DNA of 64,000 nt from a bacterium (GTDB taxonomy: Bacteria; Patescibacteriota; Minisyncoccia; Portnoybacterales; GWB1-42-6). This document shows, one piece after another, positions 36,972-47,183 of the stretch. Below the pieces are notes generated by a model. It was not told where the DNA came from and ran no database searches. It saw nothing but the letters and a program-made list of their open reading frames with translations. Made by a program: the position numbers and the translations under genes. The stretch lies in the NCBI GenBank assembly GCA_043800535.1, contig JAZDMV010000026.1, positions 5,781-69,780 of the forward strand. Reading direction: 5' to 3'. How positions within the stretch are numbered: the stretch's first letter is position 1; each line of letters opens with the position of its first letter.

Positions 36972-38606
36972 ATGAAACACAAAAAACTGATCATCGCGGG
37001 GCTGGCAATTCTTTTAATAATTGATTTTTCGTTGGCTTATCAGAGCTATCAAAGCGGCAAGTCGCCGGCCTATGAGGTGGTTTTGGCGCGAATGGGGGAT
37101 ATCGCCGAGCAGGTTTCCTCAACCGGCACTGTTGAGCCAGCGAGTAAAATTAATTTGCAGTTTACGGCAAGCGGCAGGGTCGCGGCAGTTAATGTTAAGG
37201 TTGGCGACAAAGTGACAGCCGGCCAGGTTCTGCTTGTTCAGGATTCTTCTGACCTGGCGTTCCAGGCGCAGAATGCCGAGGCGGCATTAAAATTGGCGCA
37301 GGCAAAATACGCGCAACTTTTGGCAGGTGCAAGTCAGGAAGACATTGCGCTTATTCAGACCTCGGTTTTAAACGCAAAGAAAACCCTGGAAGACGCAAAA
37401 AAATCTTTAAGTGATGTGCAGGCGAGCGCCGATAACGCTTTGGCGGGCGTTTATGAAGACAGTCAACGCACTCTTCAAACTTCTTTATTGACAGATGAGG
37501 TCTCGCTACAGACAAACGGCGATACGTTAGATCGAGGTGATCTGAATGTTTTAAATTATCAATCCTTGCTTGACGCAAAAAGCTTAAGAATATCAGCTGG
37601 TCTGGAATATGAAGCAGCGGAGCCAGTGGTTGGCAAAGCGCTGGCGAGCAATACCCAATCAGATATTGATCAGGCGCTTTTAAAACTCAAATCAAGCTTG
37701 ACTTTAACACTGACCGCGCTGAACCGCACTTATGACGCCTTGGCTTCGGGTATTGTTTCTTCGGACTTTACGCAAACAGAACTGGATACGTTAAAATTAA
37801 ATATTTCAACCGCTCGCAGCAATGTTAGCGCCGCGATTACCAATATAGTAAGCGCGCAACAGACAGTAGCTTCCCAAAAAATTACAAATCAGACAAATGT
37901 GAATGCGGCCCAGGCAAAAGTGACGACAGCAGAAGGGGCATTGGTGACTTCCGAAAATCAGCTGGCTCTGAAAATTGCCAAGCCCAGGCAGTCGGATATT
38001 GATTTGTATGAGGCGCAGGTGCGGCAAGCTCAGGCGACTCTCTCGCAGGTGAGAAATCAAATTGCGCAGAAATCACTGGTCGCGCCGATTGACGGCATAA
38101 TTACGGATGTGGCGCTGGAAAAAGGAGAAATGGCGACTGCCAGCCAGACAATCGTTTCAATGAACAGCTTGTCTAATTTTGAAATCCAAGCAGATATCCC
38201 GGAGACCGATATTGCCAAAGTAAAAATCGGGCAGCTGGTTTCAGTAACGCTTGATGCTTTTGGCGACAAACAAATTTGGCAGGGGCAGGTGACAAAAATT
38301 GACCCAGCCCAGACAGTGGTTCAGGGAGTTGTCTATTACGCGACAACTGTCGGGCTTTCGGGCGATGACACGCAGATAAAAGCGGGAATGACGGCGAATC
38401 TTGATATTGAAACAGCGCGCCATACTGGCGTCTTGATAATTCCGGCCAGAGCCATAAATCAGAACGGAAAAAAATTTGTCAAAGCTCTTGATGGGAGTGT
38501 TATAAAAGAAACGGAGATTGAGACCGGCATAAAAAGCGCTGACGGCGAAGTAGAAATATTGTCTGGTTTAAAAGAGGGTGATAAAATCGTAATTGATAAG
38601 AAATGA
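36972..38606 (+). CDS. MacA/HlyD-like membrane fusion protein
   Basis: SGRVAAVNVKVGDKV..GQVL, APIDGII, IKAGMTAN, long coiled coil. Confidence 0.93.
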   Translation: MKHKKLIIAGLAILLIIDFSLAYQSYQSGKSPAYEVVLARMGDIAEQVSSTGTVEPASKINLQFTASGRVAAVNVKVGDKVTAGQVLLVQDSSDLAFQAQNAEAALKLAQAKYAQLLAGASQEDIALIQTSVLNAKKTLEDAKKSLSDVQASADNALAGVYEDSQRTLQTSLLTDEVSLQTNGDTLDRGDLNVLNYQSLLDAKSLRISAGLEYEAAEPVVGKALASNTQSDIDQALLKLKSSLTLTLTALNRTYDALASGIVSSDFTQTELDTLKLNISTARSNVSAAITNIVSAQQTVASQKITNQTNVNAAQAKVTTAEGALVTSENQLALKIAKPRQSDIDLYEAQVRQAQATLSQVRNQIAQKSLVAPIDGIITDVALEKGEMATASQTIVSMNSLSNFEIQADIPETDIAKVKIGQLVSVTLDAFGDKQIWQGQVTKIDPAQTVVQGVVYYATTVGLSGDDTQIKAGMTANLDIETARHTGVLIIPARAINQNGKKFVKALDGSVIKETEIETGIKSADGEVEILSGLKEGDKIVIDKK

Positions 38607-38619
38607 AATTCGGTTATTT

Positions 38620-39330
38620 ATGCCTATCATTGAAACCGTTAATATCACCAAGGAATATGGCGACGGCGTGAAAACGCGGGCGCTTTGCGGCGTTTCTCTG
38701 AAAATTGAAAAAGGAGAATTTGTGGCAATTATGGGGCCGTCTGGTTCGGGCAAATCAACCCTCATGCATATTTTGGGATTTTTGGACAGGCCGACCTCCG
38801 GCCAATATCTTTTTGAAGGTCAGAATTTTGCGAAATTTTCAGATGACCAGTTGGCCGTCATCCGAAATCAAAAAATAGGATTTGTTTTCCAGAGCTATAA
38901 TCTTTTGCCGCGCACCACGGTTTTTGACAATGTAAAGCTGCCGCTGTTCTACAGGCAGATAAAGGCAAAGAGCGACGAAGCAGTGCGGCAGGCCATAGAG
39001 GCAGTAGGGTTGACGCCGCGAATTAACCATATGCCAAGCCAGCTTTCGGGCGGAGAGCAACAAAGAGTGGCAATTGCCAGAGCCCTGGTCAACAATCCTT
39101 CTTTGATAATGGCGGACGAGCCAACGGGCAATCTTGACTCAAAAGGAGGCGAGCAGATAATGGAAATTTTGGAGCGGTTGAACGAAAGCGGTCACACGAT
39201 TGTCGTGGTTACCCATGAAAGCGAGACGGCCCGTTACGCGAAAAGAATTTTAAAAATGAAAGATGGACGCTTGGTGGCGGATGAAATTGTGAATCATCGG
39301 CGGATAGGAGGGGACGGGGTGTTAAAATAA
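38620..39330 (+). CDS. MacB/LolD-type ABC ATPase
   Basis: [30 protein letters not shown]. Confidence 0.96.
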   Translation: MPIIETVNITKEYGDGVKTRALCGVSLKIEKGEFVAIMGPSGSGKSTLMHILGFLDRPTSGQYLFEGQNFAKFSDDQLAVIRNQKIGFVFQSYNLLPRTTVFDNVKLPLFYRQIKAKSDEAVRQAIEAVGLTPRINHMPSQLSGGEQQRVAIARALVNNPSLIMADEPTGNLDSKGGEQIMEILERLNESGHTIVVVTHESETARYAKRILKMKDGRLVADEIVNHRRIGGDGVLK

Positions 39331-39346
39331 AAATCAAAAAGTAAAA

Positions 39347-39877
39347 ATGGATATTTTTGCCCATAGTTTGTGGTCAGGTTTTATATTCAACAAGTCAAAG
39401 AATATTTTTTGGCCGATTTTTTTTGGCATCACCCCGGATATCTTTGGTTTTTTAGTCAACGCGATCGTTTCTTTGATCTATAATATCCCGCTGATGGATC
39501 AGACGCGGCAGCATTTCAACCAGCAGATCCTTGGCCATGTCTTCGTCCTTTACGGCCTGACCCACAGCCTTGTTATCTTTGCAGCTGTCTTTTTAGCGGT
39601 CTGGGTTGCAAGAAAAAAAATGTTTTTGCCCTTATTGGCCTGGGGAATCCATATTGTTTTTGACATTCCGTTTCACAGCGCCGAATTTTCGCCTACGCCC
39701 TTTCTTTTTCCTGTTTCGTCTTTTAAATTTCCTGGCCTGGCCTGGTCTAATTCTTATCTGGTTATCATAAATTATTCGGTTCTGGGGATCCTTTATCTGG
39801 CATTCTTCATTTTAAAAAACAAAAAAAGACGACTTGCTAAATACCTGGCCGAAAAAAGAAAAATAATAAAACGATAA
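39347..39877 (+). CDS. membrane metal-dependent hydrolase (YdjM-like)
   Basis: MD..AH, PD, THS, H..FD...H motifs in TM helices. Confidence 0.75.
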   Translation: MDIFAHSLWSGFIFNKSKNIFWPIFFGITPDIFGFLVNAIVSLIYNIPLMDQTRQHFNQQILGHVFVLYGLTHSLVIFAAVFLAVWVARKKMFLPLLAWGIHIVFDIPFHSAEFSPTPFLFPVSSFKFPGLAWSNSYLVIINYSVLGILYLAFFILKNKKRRLAKYLAEKRKIIKR

Positions 39878-40005
39878 ATATGCCGAGTAGTAGAAATTTG
39901 GCAGTGCTTTTTTCTAATAATACAAAGTCATTCTATTGCCCATGCTTAAGAATAATTTAGTTAGGTATAATTAATTGTTAAAACGCCAAATTTTCACTAC
40001 CTGGC

Positions 40006-41244
40006 ATGTCACTTTCCGATATTTTTAAAAGCGCCACGCGGGCGCTAAAAGTAAATAAGGGCCGTACGGCGCTGACGATGCTGGGCATTGTCATTGGTAT
40101 TACTTCCATCATTTTGATTATGTCCATCGGTCAGGGAGCGCAGGATCTTATTTTGAGTCAGATCCAAGGAATGGGTTCGCGAACCATTGTCGTGCGTCCG
40201 GGCCGGCCGCCGACCGGGCCGACTGACGTAACGACTCTTTTTGCCGACTCCATAAAAGAGCGTGATCTGGAGGCGCTTAAGAAAAAAAGCAATGTGCCGA
40301 CTTTGTCTTCGGTCATGCCGCTGGTAATGGGGGCCGATACCGCAATATACGGGAGTTTAAAATATCAGGTGACGATTTTTGGCGGCTCGGACCTGGCCGC
40401 GCAAATTTTGGACATATCAGTGGACAAGGGCGAATTTGTGACAAGCGATCAGGTTGCGTCGGCTGCCGACGTAGTTGTTATCGGCTCAAAAGTTAAAGAA
40501 AAACTTTTTGGTGATGAAAACCCAATAGGGAAAAAGATAAGGATCAAAGATAAGAACTTGCGAGTTATTGGTACTTTGCCAAAAAAGGGGCAGGTTTCGT
40601 TCTTTGCTTTTGACGAAGCGATTTTGTTGCCTTACACAACTGCCCAAAAATATATTTTTGGCATAAAATATTTTAATGAGTTGCTTGTTCAGGCGGATTC
40701 GGATGCTTCGGTTTCCAGGACTGTTATTGATATACAGACAACTTTGCGTAATTTGCATAATATCACTGATCCGGAAAAAGATGATTTTTTTATAGAGACG
40801 CAGGCGGATTTGGCGCAGCGGGTCAGCACGGTGACGGATATCCTGACGTATTTTTTGGCCATGGTGGCGGGAATCTCTTTGATTGTGGGCGGCATCGGCA
40901 TTATGAACATAATGCTTGTTTCGGTGACCGAGCGGACGCGGGAAATCGGTCTGCGCAAGGCGCTTGGCGCAAAAAATAAAGATATCATGACCCAGTTTTT
41001 GTTTGAGGCGGTGATATTGACGACGAGCGGCGGCGCAATAGGAATTTTTTTGGGCGTTGTTTTTTCGCTTGTCGGCGCGGTTGTCATCTCGCATTTTTTA
41101 GGCCAGACCTGGCCGAGCGGGATTTCCTTTTTTGCGATAACGCTTGGCTTTGGCGTCGCCGCGTTCATCGGCATGATGTTTGGCATATATCCCGCCCGAC
41201 GTGCCTCAAAACTAAATCCTATTGAAGCATTGCGTTATGAGTAA
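40006..41244 (+). CDS. MacB-type ABC permease
   Basis: LTMLGIVIGI, GGIGIMNIMLVSVTERTREIG, PARRASKLNPIEALRYE. Confidence 0.96.
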   Translation: MSLSDIFKSATRALKVNKGRTALTMLGIVIGITSIILIMSIGQGAQDLILSQIQGMGSRTIVVRPGRPPTGPTDVTTLFADSIKERDLEALKKKSNVPTLSSVMPLVMGADTAIYGSLKYQVTIFGGSDLAAQILDISVDKGEFVTSDQVASAADVVVIGSKVKEKLFGDENPIGKKIRIKDKNLRVIGTLPKKGQVSFFAFDEAILLPYTTAQKYIFGIKYFNELLVQADSDASVSRTVIDIQTTLRNLHNITDPEKDDFFIETQADLAQRVSTVTDILTYFLAMVAGISLIVGGIGIMNIMLVSVTERTREIGLRKALGAKNKDIMTQFLFEAVILTTSGGAIGIFLGVVFSLVGAVVISHFLGQTWPSGISFFAITLGFGVAAFIGMMFGIYPARRASKLNPIEALRYE

Positions 41245-41339
41245 TAATTTTTAGTGTCTGTTAGTTTTGTGTTCGTGCAAATTAGCGGATTAATTCGCAA
41301 AAAACGCTAACCAAAAACTAAAAAGCACTAAATTTAATA

Positions 41340-41870
41340 ATGACAAACAAAAAAGTGATTAATCTGCAGTCAAAAATTCGCGAAATCCCGGACTGGCCCA
41401 AAAACGGCGTGACTTTTTATGACATTACGCCGCTGCTTCAGGATCCGGCGTCCTTTAAATGCACAATTGATAAATTCGTTGATTTTTTTAAAAAAGAAAA
41501 AGTTGACAAAGTGGTCGGGATTGACGCGCGCGGTTTTTTGCTGGCCGCGCCCATTGCCTATAATCTTGGTGTCGGAGTAGCTATTGTTCGCAAAAAAGGC
41601 AAGCTTCCTTACAGCACGCTTTTACAGGAATATGACCTGGAATATGATTCAAATATTTTGGAAATTCATACCGACGCCATAATGCCAGGCGAGAGGGTTC
41701 TGATAATTGATGACGTCTTGGCAACGGGCGGAACTGCTAAGGCGACTGTGCTTTTGGTTGAACAGCTGAAAGGGCAGGTGGCTGGCCTCGGATTTTTGAT
41801 GGATTTGACATTTTTGAAAGGCAAGGATAAATTAAAAAATTACAATATCCTGTCTTTAGTGGATTATTAA
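41340..41870 (+). CDS. apt: adenine phosphoribosyltransferase
   Basis: PDWPK.GV.FYDIT, DARGF, RKKGKLP, IIDDVLATGGT. Confidence 0.96.
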   Translation: MTNKKVINLQSKIREIPDWPKNGVTFYDITPLLQDPASFKCTIDKFVDFFKKEKVDKVVGIDARGFLLAAPIAYNLGVGVAIVRKKGKLPYSTLLQEYDLEYDSNILEIHTDAIMPGERVLIIDDVLATGGTAKATVLLVEQLKGQVAGLGFLMDLTFLKGKDKLKNYNILSLVDY

Positions 41871-41874
41871 ACTT

Positions 41875-42711
41875 ATGAACCAAAAAGCGTCTGCCGAAAT
41901 TGGCATTTTTGGCGGTTCGGGATTTTATGATTTTTTGAAAAAAGGCCGTCAAATTAATATCAGAACTCCTTACGGCCGGCCAAGCGATAGGATATTTATA
42001 GGCGAATTTGAGGGCAAAAAAATTGCTTTTTTGCCGCGGCACGGTTCGCGCCATCAGTATCCGCCGCACAAGATTCCGTACAAGGCAAATCTATATGCTT
42101 TTAAGTCGCTGGGTGTCAAAACAATTATCGCGCCGGTTTCTGTTGGTAGTTTGCAAGCGCATATAAAACCGGGTGATTTTGTGGCGCTTGATCAATTTGT
42201 GAATATGACACACGGCCGCCAGGACTCTTATTTTGAAGGCAACGAAACAAAAAATAAATTTTCCAAAATCAAAGTTGCCCATATTTCATCAGCTGAACCG
42301 TATTGCCTAAATTTGCGCAAATTGGCCGCACAGGCAGCAAAAAATTTAAAGATCAAGATGCACTCAAAAGGGACGGTTGTTGTGATAAACGGGCCAAGAT
42401 TTGCCAGCCGCGCCGAATCAGAAAATTATCAGCGCCAGGGCTGGGACGTTATCAACATGACCCAGTATCCTGAATGTATCCTGGCCAGAGAGCTTGAAAT
42501 GTGTTATCTTGGCATTGCTCTGGTTACCGATTATGACGCCGGCTTAAAAGGGAGAAGCGATGTCAGGCCGGTAAGTTTTGAAGAAATAATAAAGGTTTTT
42601 CATAAAAACAACGAGACGGTAAAAGAATTAATATTTGAAATCATCAAAAAAATACCGGCCAAAATGGAATGCGGCTGCAAGGAAGCGTTAAAATACGCGG
42701 CCGCCGGCTAA
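41875..42711 (+). CDS. mtnP: S-methyl-5'-thioadenosine phosphorylase
   Basis: IGIFGGSG, TPYG.PS, PRHG..H, GPRF, NMT..PE, VTDYD. Confidence 0.94.
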   Translation: MNQKASAEIGIFGGSGFYDFLKKGRQINIRTPYGRPSDRIFIGEFEGKKIAFLPRHGSRHQYPPHKIPYKANLYAFKSLGVKTIIAPVSVGSLQAHIKPGDFVALDQFVNMTHGRQDSYFEGNETKNKFSKIKVAHISSAEPYCLNLRKLAAQAAKNLKIKMHSKGTVVVINGPRFASRAESENYQRQGWDVINMTQYPECILARELEMCYLGIALVTDYDAGLKGRSDVRPVSFEEIIKVFHKNNETVKELIFEIIKKIPAKMECGCKEALKYAAAG

Positions 42712-42756
42712 AACAGTTCTTAATGCTTCAAAAAATTAAAAAAGGAGGTGAGCGAA

Positions 42757-43182
42757 ATGAAAAAGGGATTGGTTGTCTTGGTTCTAATGGTATTTTTGGT
42801 CATTGGCGATTCTTTTGCTGGCGGATTATTCATCAAGTTTATTGCGCCGACAGATATGGTAAAAAGCTTCGCGCGAGAATTCATCTCGGAATTGAAGGCA
42901 AGACGGCAGGAGATCAGGCAGCTTTTAGGTGAACATTTAATACTGGGGTTTTTAGGCGGGCAGCCCAATCCGGAAAAAAACGGACAGGAGGAATCAGCCA
43001 TCGGCATATTTGTGGATCTTGAGCTGGTGCCGCTGGTAAGAGTATGGGTAAGAGATCTGGCGTCAGACAAAGGCGTGTCGGTAAGGGCAAAAGAAGCGGC
43101 AGATGAAGTTTTAAAGTGTCTTAAGGAGAGGGAAGAGAACGAAATTAAGATCAGAAGAGCACGGCATAAAATTACCGTGTAA
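42757..43182 (+). CDS. hypothetical secreted protein
   Basis: SD AAAGGAGGTG, MKK signal peptide ending SFA. Confidence 0.7.
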   Translation: MKKGLVVLVLMVFLVIGDSFAGGLFIKFIAPTDMVKSFAREFISELKARRQEIRQLLGEHLILGFLGGQPNPEKNGQEESAIGIFVDLELVPLVRVWVRDLASDKGVSVRAKEAADEVLKCLKEREENEIKIRRARHKITV

Positions 43183-43196
43183 GATGTTATTTGGCG

Positions 43197-43230
43197 AGTG
43201 CCCGATTAAAAGATCGGGCACTTTTCTTTT
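43197..43230 (+). terminator. intrinsic terminator
   Basis: AGTGCCCGAT-taaaag-ATCGGGCACT-tttcttt. Confidence 0.8.
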
Positions 43231-43358
43231 CGGTGCTTTGTTGATACAATGGGAGAACTTATTAAATTTGCGGTAACAAAGCTAAAATTTTGGAGTATAT
43301 CTATTAGGCGGAGGGTCACGTCAATTTAAGACAGATAATAATTAAAAGTGCAGAAAAA

Positions 43359-43688
43359 ATGAGAAAATTTGTTAGTGCGTTAGCTATAATTTTTGGCTTT
43401 GCTTTGCCGGCGATTGCTTGGGCTCAGATGATGGGTTGGGATGATTACTCCTCGGGTTCGCATATGGGCTGGTTCTGGCCGATGGCTGGAGGAGGAATGT
43501 TCATAGGCCTGATAATCTGGGTGCTTATTATTGTTGCCGTGATATACCTGGTTAAATGGCTTGCGCGCGGCGGTCATGATTTGTACGAAAAGAAAGATTC
43601 GGCGGTCCAGATTTTGAAAGAGCGTTATGCCAAAGGCGAAATAAACAAAGAGGAGCTTGAGGAGAAGATGAAAGATATAATGAAATAA
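43359..43688 (+). CDS. SHOCT domain membrane protein
   Basis: Met/Gly-rich, TM, ILKERYAKGEINKEE. Confidence 0.9.
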   Translation: MRKFVSALAIIFGFALPAIAWAQMMGWDDYSSGSHMGWFWPMAGGGMFIGLIIWVLIIVAVIYLVKWLARGGHDLYEKKDSAVQILKERYAKGEINKEELEEKMKDIMK

Positions 43689-43696
43689 ATTTGATC

Positions 43697-44548
43697 ATGC
43701 CTGAGCTTCCTGAAGTAGAAACAATTCGGCGCCAGTTGGACAGCCTGTTGGCCGGCAAAAAGATCAGGTCCGTTAAAGTCAGCTTGCCAAAGATGGTGAA
43801 GCTGAATTTGGGTAAATTTAAAAAAATAGTTGTCGGAGCGAAAATAAATTGCGTTCTAAGGCGGGCCAAAATTTTAATTGTTGAGCTATCTAATGATTGG
43901 AGCATGCTTGTACATTTAAAAATGTCAGGCCGCTTGATCTTTCGGCGCAAAGGAGAAAAATTGCAGGAGCAGGACGAAAAATGGAATCACTTGATCTATG
44001 AATTTTTCGATGGCAGCCGCTTATTCCACAATGACTTGCGACAATTTGGTTATGTAAAGTTAGTAAAAACCGCAGAACTTGCCGAATTTTTTGAGAAAGA
44101 AAAACTTGGGCCAGAACCCCTGGAAAAAGATTTTATGATAGATGATTTTGCGGCAATTTTAAAAAAGCGGCCAAATGCAAAAATCAAGCAATTTTTGATG
44201 GACCCCTCAAATGTTGCTGGCATCGGCAATATATATTCGGACGAAATTTTATTTTTCGCGGGCATGCATCCCTTGCGGCGGGCGAGTGGCTTGAAAACAA
44301 CAGAAATAAAAAAGATTTTCGATGGCATAAAAAAAATTCTGACCGAAGCCCTAAAATTTCGCGGTTCGTCGGACAGAGATTATCTTGATGCGCTGGGGAG
44401 GGAAGGGAATTATGTACCTCATCTCAAGGTTTATGGCCGCGAAGGAGAAAAATGTAAAAAATGCGGAGAAATTATTGAACGCCTCAAAATTGGCGGCCGT
44501 TCGACGCATTTTTGCCCCGCCTGCCAACGCCCGCCAAAGCTTCGCTAG
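43697..44548 (+). CDS. mutM: formamidopyrimidine-DNA glycosylase
   Basis: MPELPEVE, HLKMSG, GIGNIYSDE, C..C...GRSTHFCPACQ. Confidence 0.97.
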   Translation: MPELPEVETIRRQLDSLLAGKKIRSVKVSLPKMVKLNLGKFKKIVVGAKINCVLRRAKILIVELSNDWSMLVHLKMSGRLIFRRKGEKLQEQDEKWNHLIYEFFDGSRLFHNDLRQFGYVKLVKTAELAEFFEKEKLGPEPLEKDFMIDDFAAILKKRPNAKIKQFLMDPSNVAGIGNIYSDEILFFAGMHPLRRASGLKTTEIKKIFDGIKKILTEALKFRGSSDRDYLDALGREGNYVPHLKVYGREGEKCKKCGEIIERLKIGGRSTHFCPACQRPPKLR

Positions 44549-44707
44549 GCGATGCGGGCGGGCCAGCGTCTGAAGCCGTAGGCAACGGCGGGCAGGCCAA
44601 AATGTCAGAAATAGGGTAGAATAGAAAGGTTTTGACAGAATATCATGTTTATGATATTCTTTTTTTGTTCTTATGACACTAGTAAAAATTTTTTAAAGGA
44701 GGGAGAA

Positions 44708-45253
44708 ATGCATAATACACCAGAAGGACGCACGCTTTTTTTTATGGAAGATGTGGAGGAAAAGTCTGTTAGGGAATTATTGGTCAAAATGGTCGCGCTT
44801 TATGAGAAGGGTCCCAGTGAATGGATTACACTTTATGTCTGTTCGCCCGGCGGAAAGGTAGGCGCGGCGTACTTTTTCTATGAATATGTGACCGAGGTCT
44901 TGAAGCCGAATTTGCAGACAGTTGTTTTGGGCTATGCATCATCCATGTCGCCGATCATTTTTTTGGCTGGCAGCTGCAGGATCATTGGTTCATACGCAAG
45001 CCTTTTCTTTCATCAAATAGGACGAGCGTATGAAAAACCGGTTCGTTTTGTGAAAGATGAGCTGAGAATGATGGCATCAGACACAGAACGAGATGAAGAA
45101 ATATATGCTGAGATTGTTGAACGCAGGACGGGTGGGAAAATGAGTAAAAAAGAAGTTCTTAAGTTGATTGCCTCTGACAATCGCATTTTGCCGGAGGAGG
45201 CGCTTAAAATGGGCTTTGCCCACGAGATACTGGAAAAGTATACGGGCTTGTAG
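44708..45253 (+). CDS. divergent ClpP-family protease
   Basis: LYVCSPGG, GYASSMS, FFHQ, EEALKMGFAHEI. Confidence 0.82.
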   Translation: MHNTPEGRTLFFMEDVEEKSVRELLVKMVALYEKGPSEWITLYVCSPGGKVGAAYFFYEYVTEVLKPNLQTVVLGYASSMSPIIFLAGSCRIIGSYASLFFHQIGRAYEKPVRFVKDELRMMASDTERDEEIYAEIVERRTGGKMSKKEVLKLIASDNRILPEEALKMGFAHEILEKYTGL

Positions 45254-45376
45254 AGGCAAAGGGTCAGATATGTTCAAATAACAGCGGACCATGATGATCC
45301 GCTGTTTTAATTTGACTTTTGTATCATATCTACTTATACTTTAAATAAGGCAGATTATTATTAAATTATAATCTTT

Positions 45377-45931
45377 ATGCCATTATTTGTAGTCATATTA
45401 ATAGTTTTAGCGATAGTAGTTCTTTGGGTTATTTTGGCCTACAACCGGTTTATTCGCCTGCGCAGGCGGACGGACGAAGCCTGGTCAGATATAGATGTTC
45501 AGTTAAAAAGGCGGCACGACCTGATACCGAATCTTGTGGAAACGGTTAAGGGTTATGCGACGCACGAACGTGAGCTTTTTGAGAAAGTGACCGAGGCACG
45601 GGCAAAAGCGATCAGTGCTTCTGGCAGAGCGGAAAAGGCCGAAGCGGAAAACGCGCTTTCGGGGACCTTAAAATCCCTTTTTGCGGTTGCTGAAAATTAT
45701 CCGCAGCTGCGCGCTTCGGAAAATTTTAGCCGTCTGCAGGAAGAGCTGGCCGACACCGAAAACAAAGTTCAGGCAGCCAGGCGCTTCTATAATGGCAACG
45801 TGCGCGACTTAAATATCGCCATTGAAAGTTTTCCTTCGAACGTTATAGCCAAAATGTTCAGTTTCAAAGCAGCGGAATTTTTTGAAGTGGCAGGGGAAGA
45901 AGAGCGGGAAGCGGTCCAGGTGAAGTTTTAG
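45377..45931 (+). CDS. lemA: LemA family protein
   Basis: AWSDIDVQLKRRHDLIPNLV, AVAENYPQL, ARRFYN. Confidence 0.97.
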   Translation: MPLFVVILIVLAIVVLWVILAYNRFIRLRRRTDEAWSDIDVQLKRRHDLIPNLVETVKGYATHERELFEKVTEARAKAISASGRAEKAEAENALSGTLKSLFAVAENYPQLRASENFSRLQEELADTENKVQAARRFYNGNVRDLNIAIESFPSNVIAKMFSFKAAEFFEVAGEEEREAVQVKF

Positions 45932-45971
45932 CCTTTTTTCGCGGGGAGAATCATGCGCAGAGGAGGGCGAA

Positions 45972-46109
45972 ATGAGATTGGTCAGGCGAAGGAAACGGGA
46001 CGCTTTTATGTTCAGAATTTTTGAAACTATGATCAGAGGAAAGATCTGGGCGCTGGCGGCGACGAAAAAGACAACCGGGATTGTCGCCAAAATTATTTTG
46101 TGGCTCTAA
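45972..46109 (+). CDS. putative 45 aa basic small protein
   Basis: AGGAGG SD, MRLVRRRKRDAF...IILWL*; below the ORF-track cutoff. Confidence 0.35.
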   Translation: MRLVRRRKRDAFMFRIFETMIRGKIWALAATKKTTGIVAKIILWL

Positions 46110-46246
46110 GGCCAAGCTAAGGGTCGTCTCTTTCAGGGACGACCCTTTTTCAAAAAATTTGTCAGGACGCGGTAAAAATAGTAAAATGTTACATATAAGC
46201 GTTATGCCGGTTATGTCGTATAGGCACTTCAGGCATGACAAAAAAT

Positions 46247-46423
46247 ATGGCCAAGAACGCAGAAAAGGGGAAGGGCAGGGTTGGCATGGTGCGCGACCGT
46301 GCCCAGTATAAAAATCCCCGCACCAAGCTTTTCACCAAAGCCAGCACAGAGAGTGGCCGTTTTATGGACAATAAGACCAGCATGGGGAAGCTAAGCAAGT
46401 TTAAAGGAGTAAGAAAAGACTAA
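46247..46423 (+). CDS. small basic hypothetical protein
   Basis: MAKN..G.GR.G.V..R.Q..NP.T....K....GRFMD.K.....FKGVRK. Confidence 0.7.
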   Translation: MAKNAEKGKGRVGMVRDRAQYKNPRTKLFTKASTESGRFMDNKTSMGKLSKFKGVRKD

Positions 46424-46515
46424 ACATCTGCGAAATACGAAGGTAGTACAAATATAGTGATTCGCCTGCCGGCCGGCAGGAATATTCGTAGAAATTCGTA
46501 ATTCGTAGAGAAATC

Positions 46516-47181
46516 ATGAGTAAGGTTGTTTTTGACATTGAAACTTCAGGCACCTTTGAATCGTTAGACAAAGAGGCGCAGGAATATCTTTTAAAGTATG
46601 CCGAGGGCGAAGATGAAGTAGAAGAGGCAAGAAAAAAAGTTAACCTTTGGCCTTTTTGCAGTCAGATCGTAGCGCTGGCCCTGTTTAATCCCGATACAGA
46701 AAAAGGAAAAGTGTATTTTCAGGCGCCGGACAAAGAGATCGCGCCTTTTTCTGAAAATGGCGCGGATTTTAAGCCTTGCAGCGAAAAAGAGATCCTGGAA
46801 AATTTCTGGCAGGACATAAAAAATTATCACCAGTTCATAACTTTTAACGGCCGCGGTTTTGACTGCCCATATATCATGCTGCGCAGCGCTGTTTTAGGGG
46901 TCAGGCCGACTAAAAACCTGATGCCGCCGCGTTTCTCGGCCGATTTTCATATTGACCTTCTTGACCAGCTGACTTTTTATAGCGCATTTAGAAAATTCAG
47001 CCTGGATTTTTATTGCCGCGGGTTTGGCATAAAAAGTCCGAAAGCCGGAGGCATGACGGGCGATAAAATGGTCCAATATTTCAAAGACGGCAAATTTTTG
47101 GATATCGCGCGTTATTGTTTTGCCGACACAAAGGCAACGGCTGAGCTTTATAAACGCTGGACAGAATATATTGAAATGTAG
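46516..47181 (+). CDS. PolB-like 3'-5' exonuclease (RNase H fold)
   Basis: FDIET, ITFNGRGFD, YC..D (Exo I-III). Confidence 0.92.
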   Translation: MSKVVFDIETSGTFESLDKEAQEYLLKYAEGEDEVEEARKKVNLWPFCSQIVALALFNPDTEKGKVYFQAPDKEIAPFSENGADFKPCSEKEILENFWQDIKNYHQFITFNGRGFDCPYIMLRSAVLGVRPTKNLMPPRFSADFHIDLLDQLTFYSAFRKFSLDFYCRGFGIKSPKAGGMTGDKMVQYFKDGKFLDIARYCFADTKATAELYKRWTEYIEM

Positions 47182-47183
47182 TC

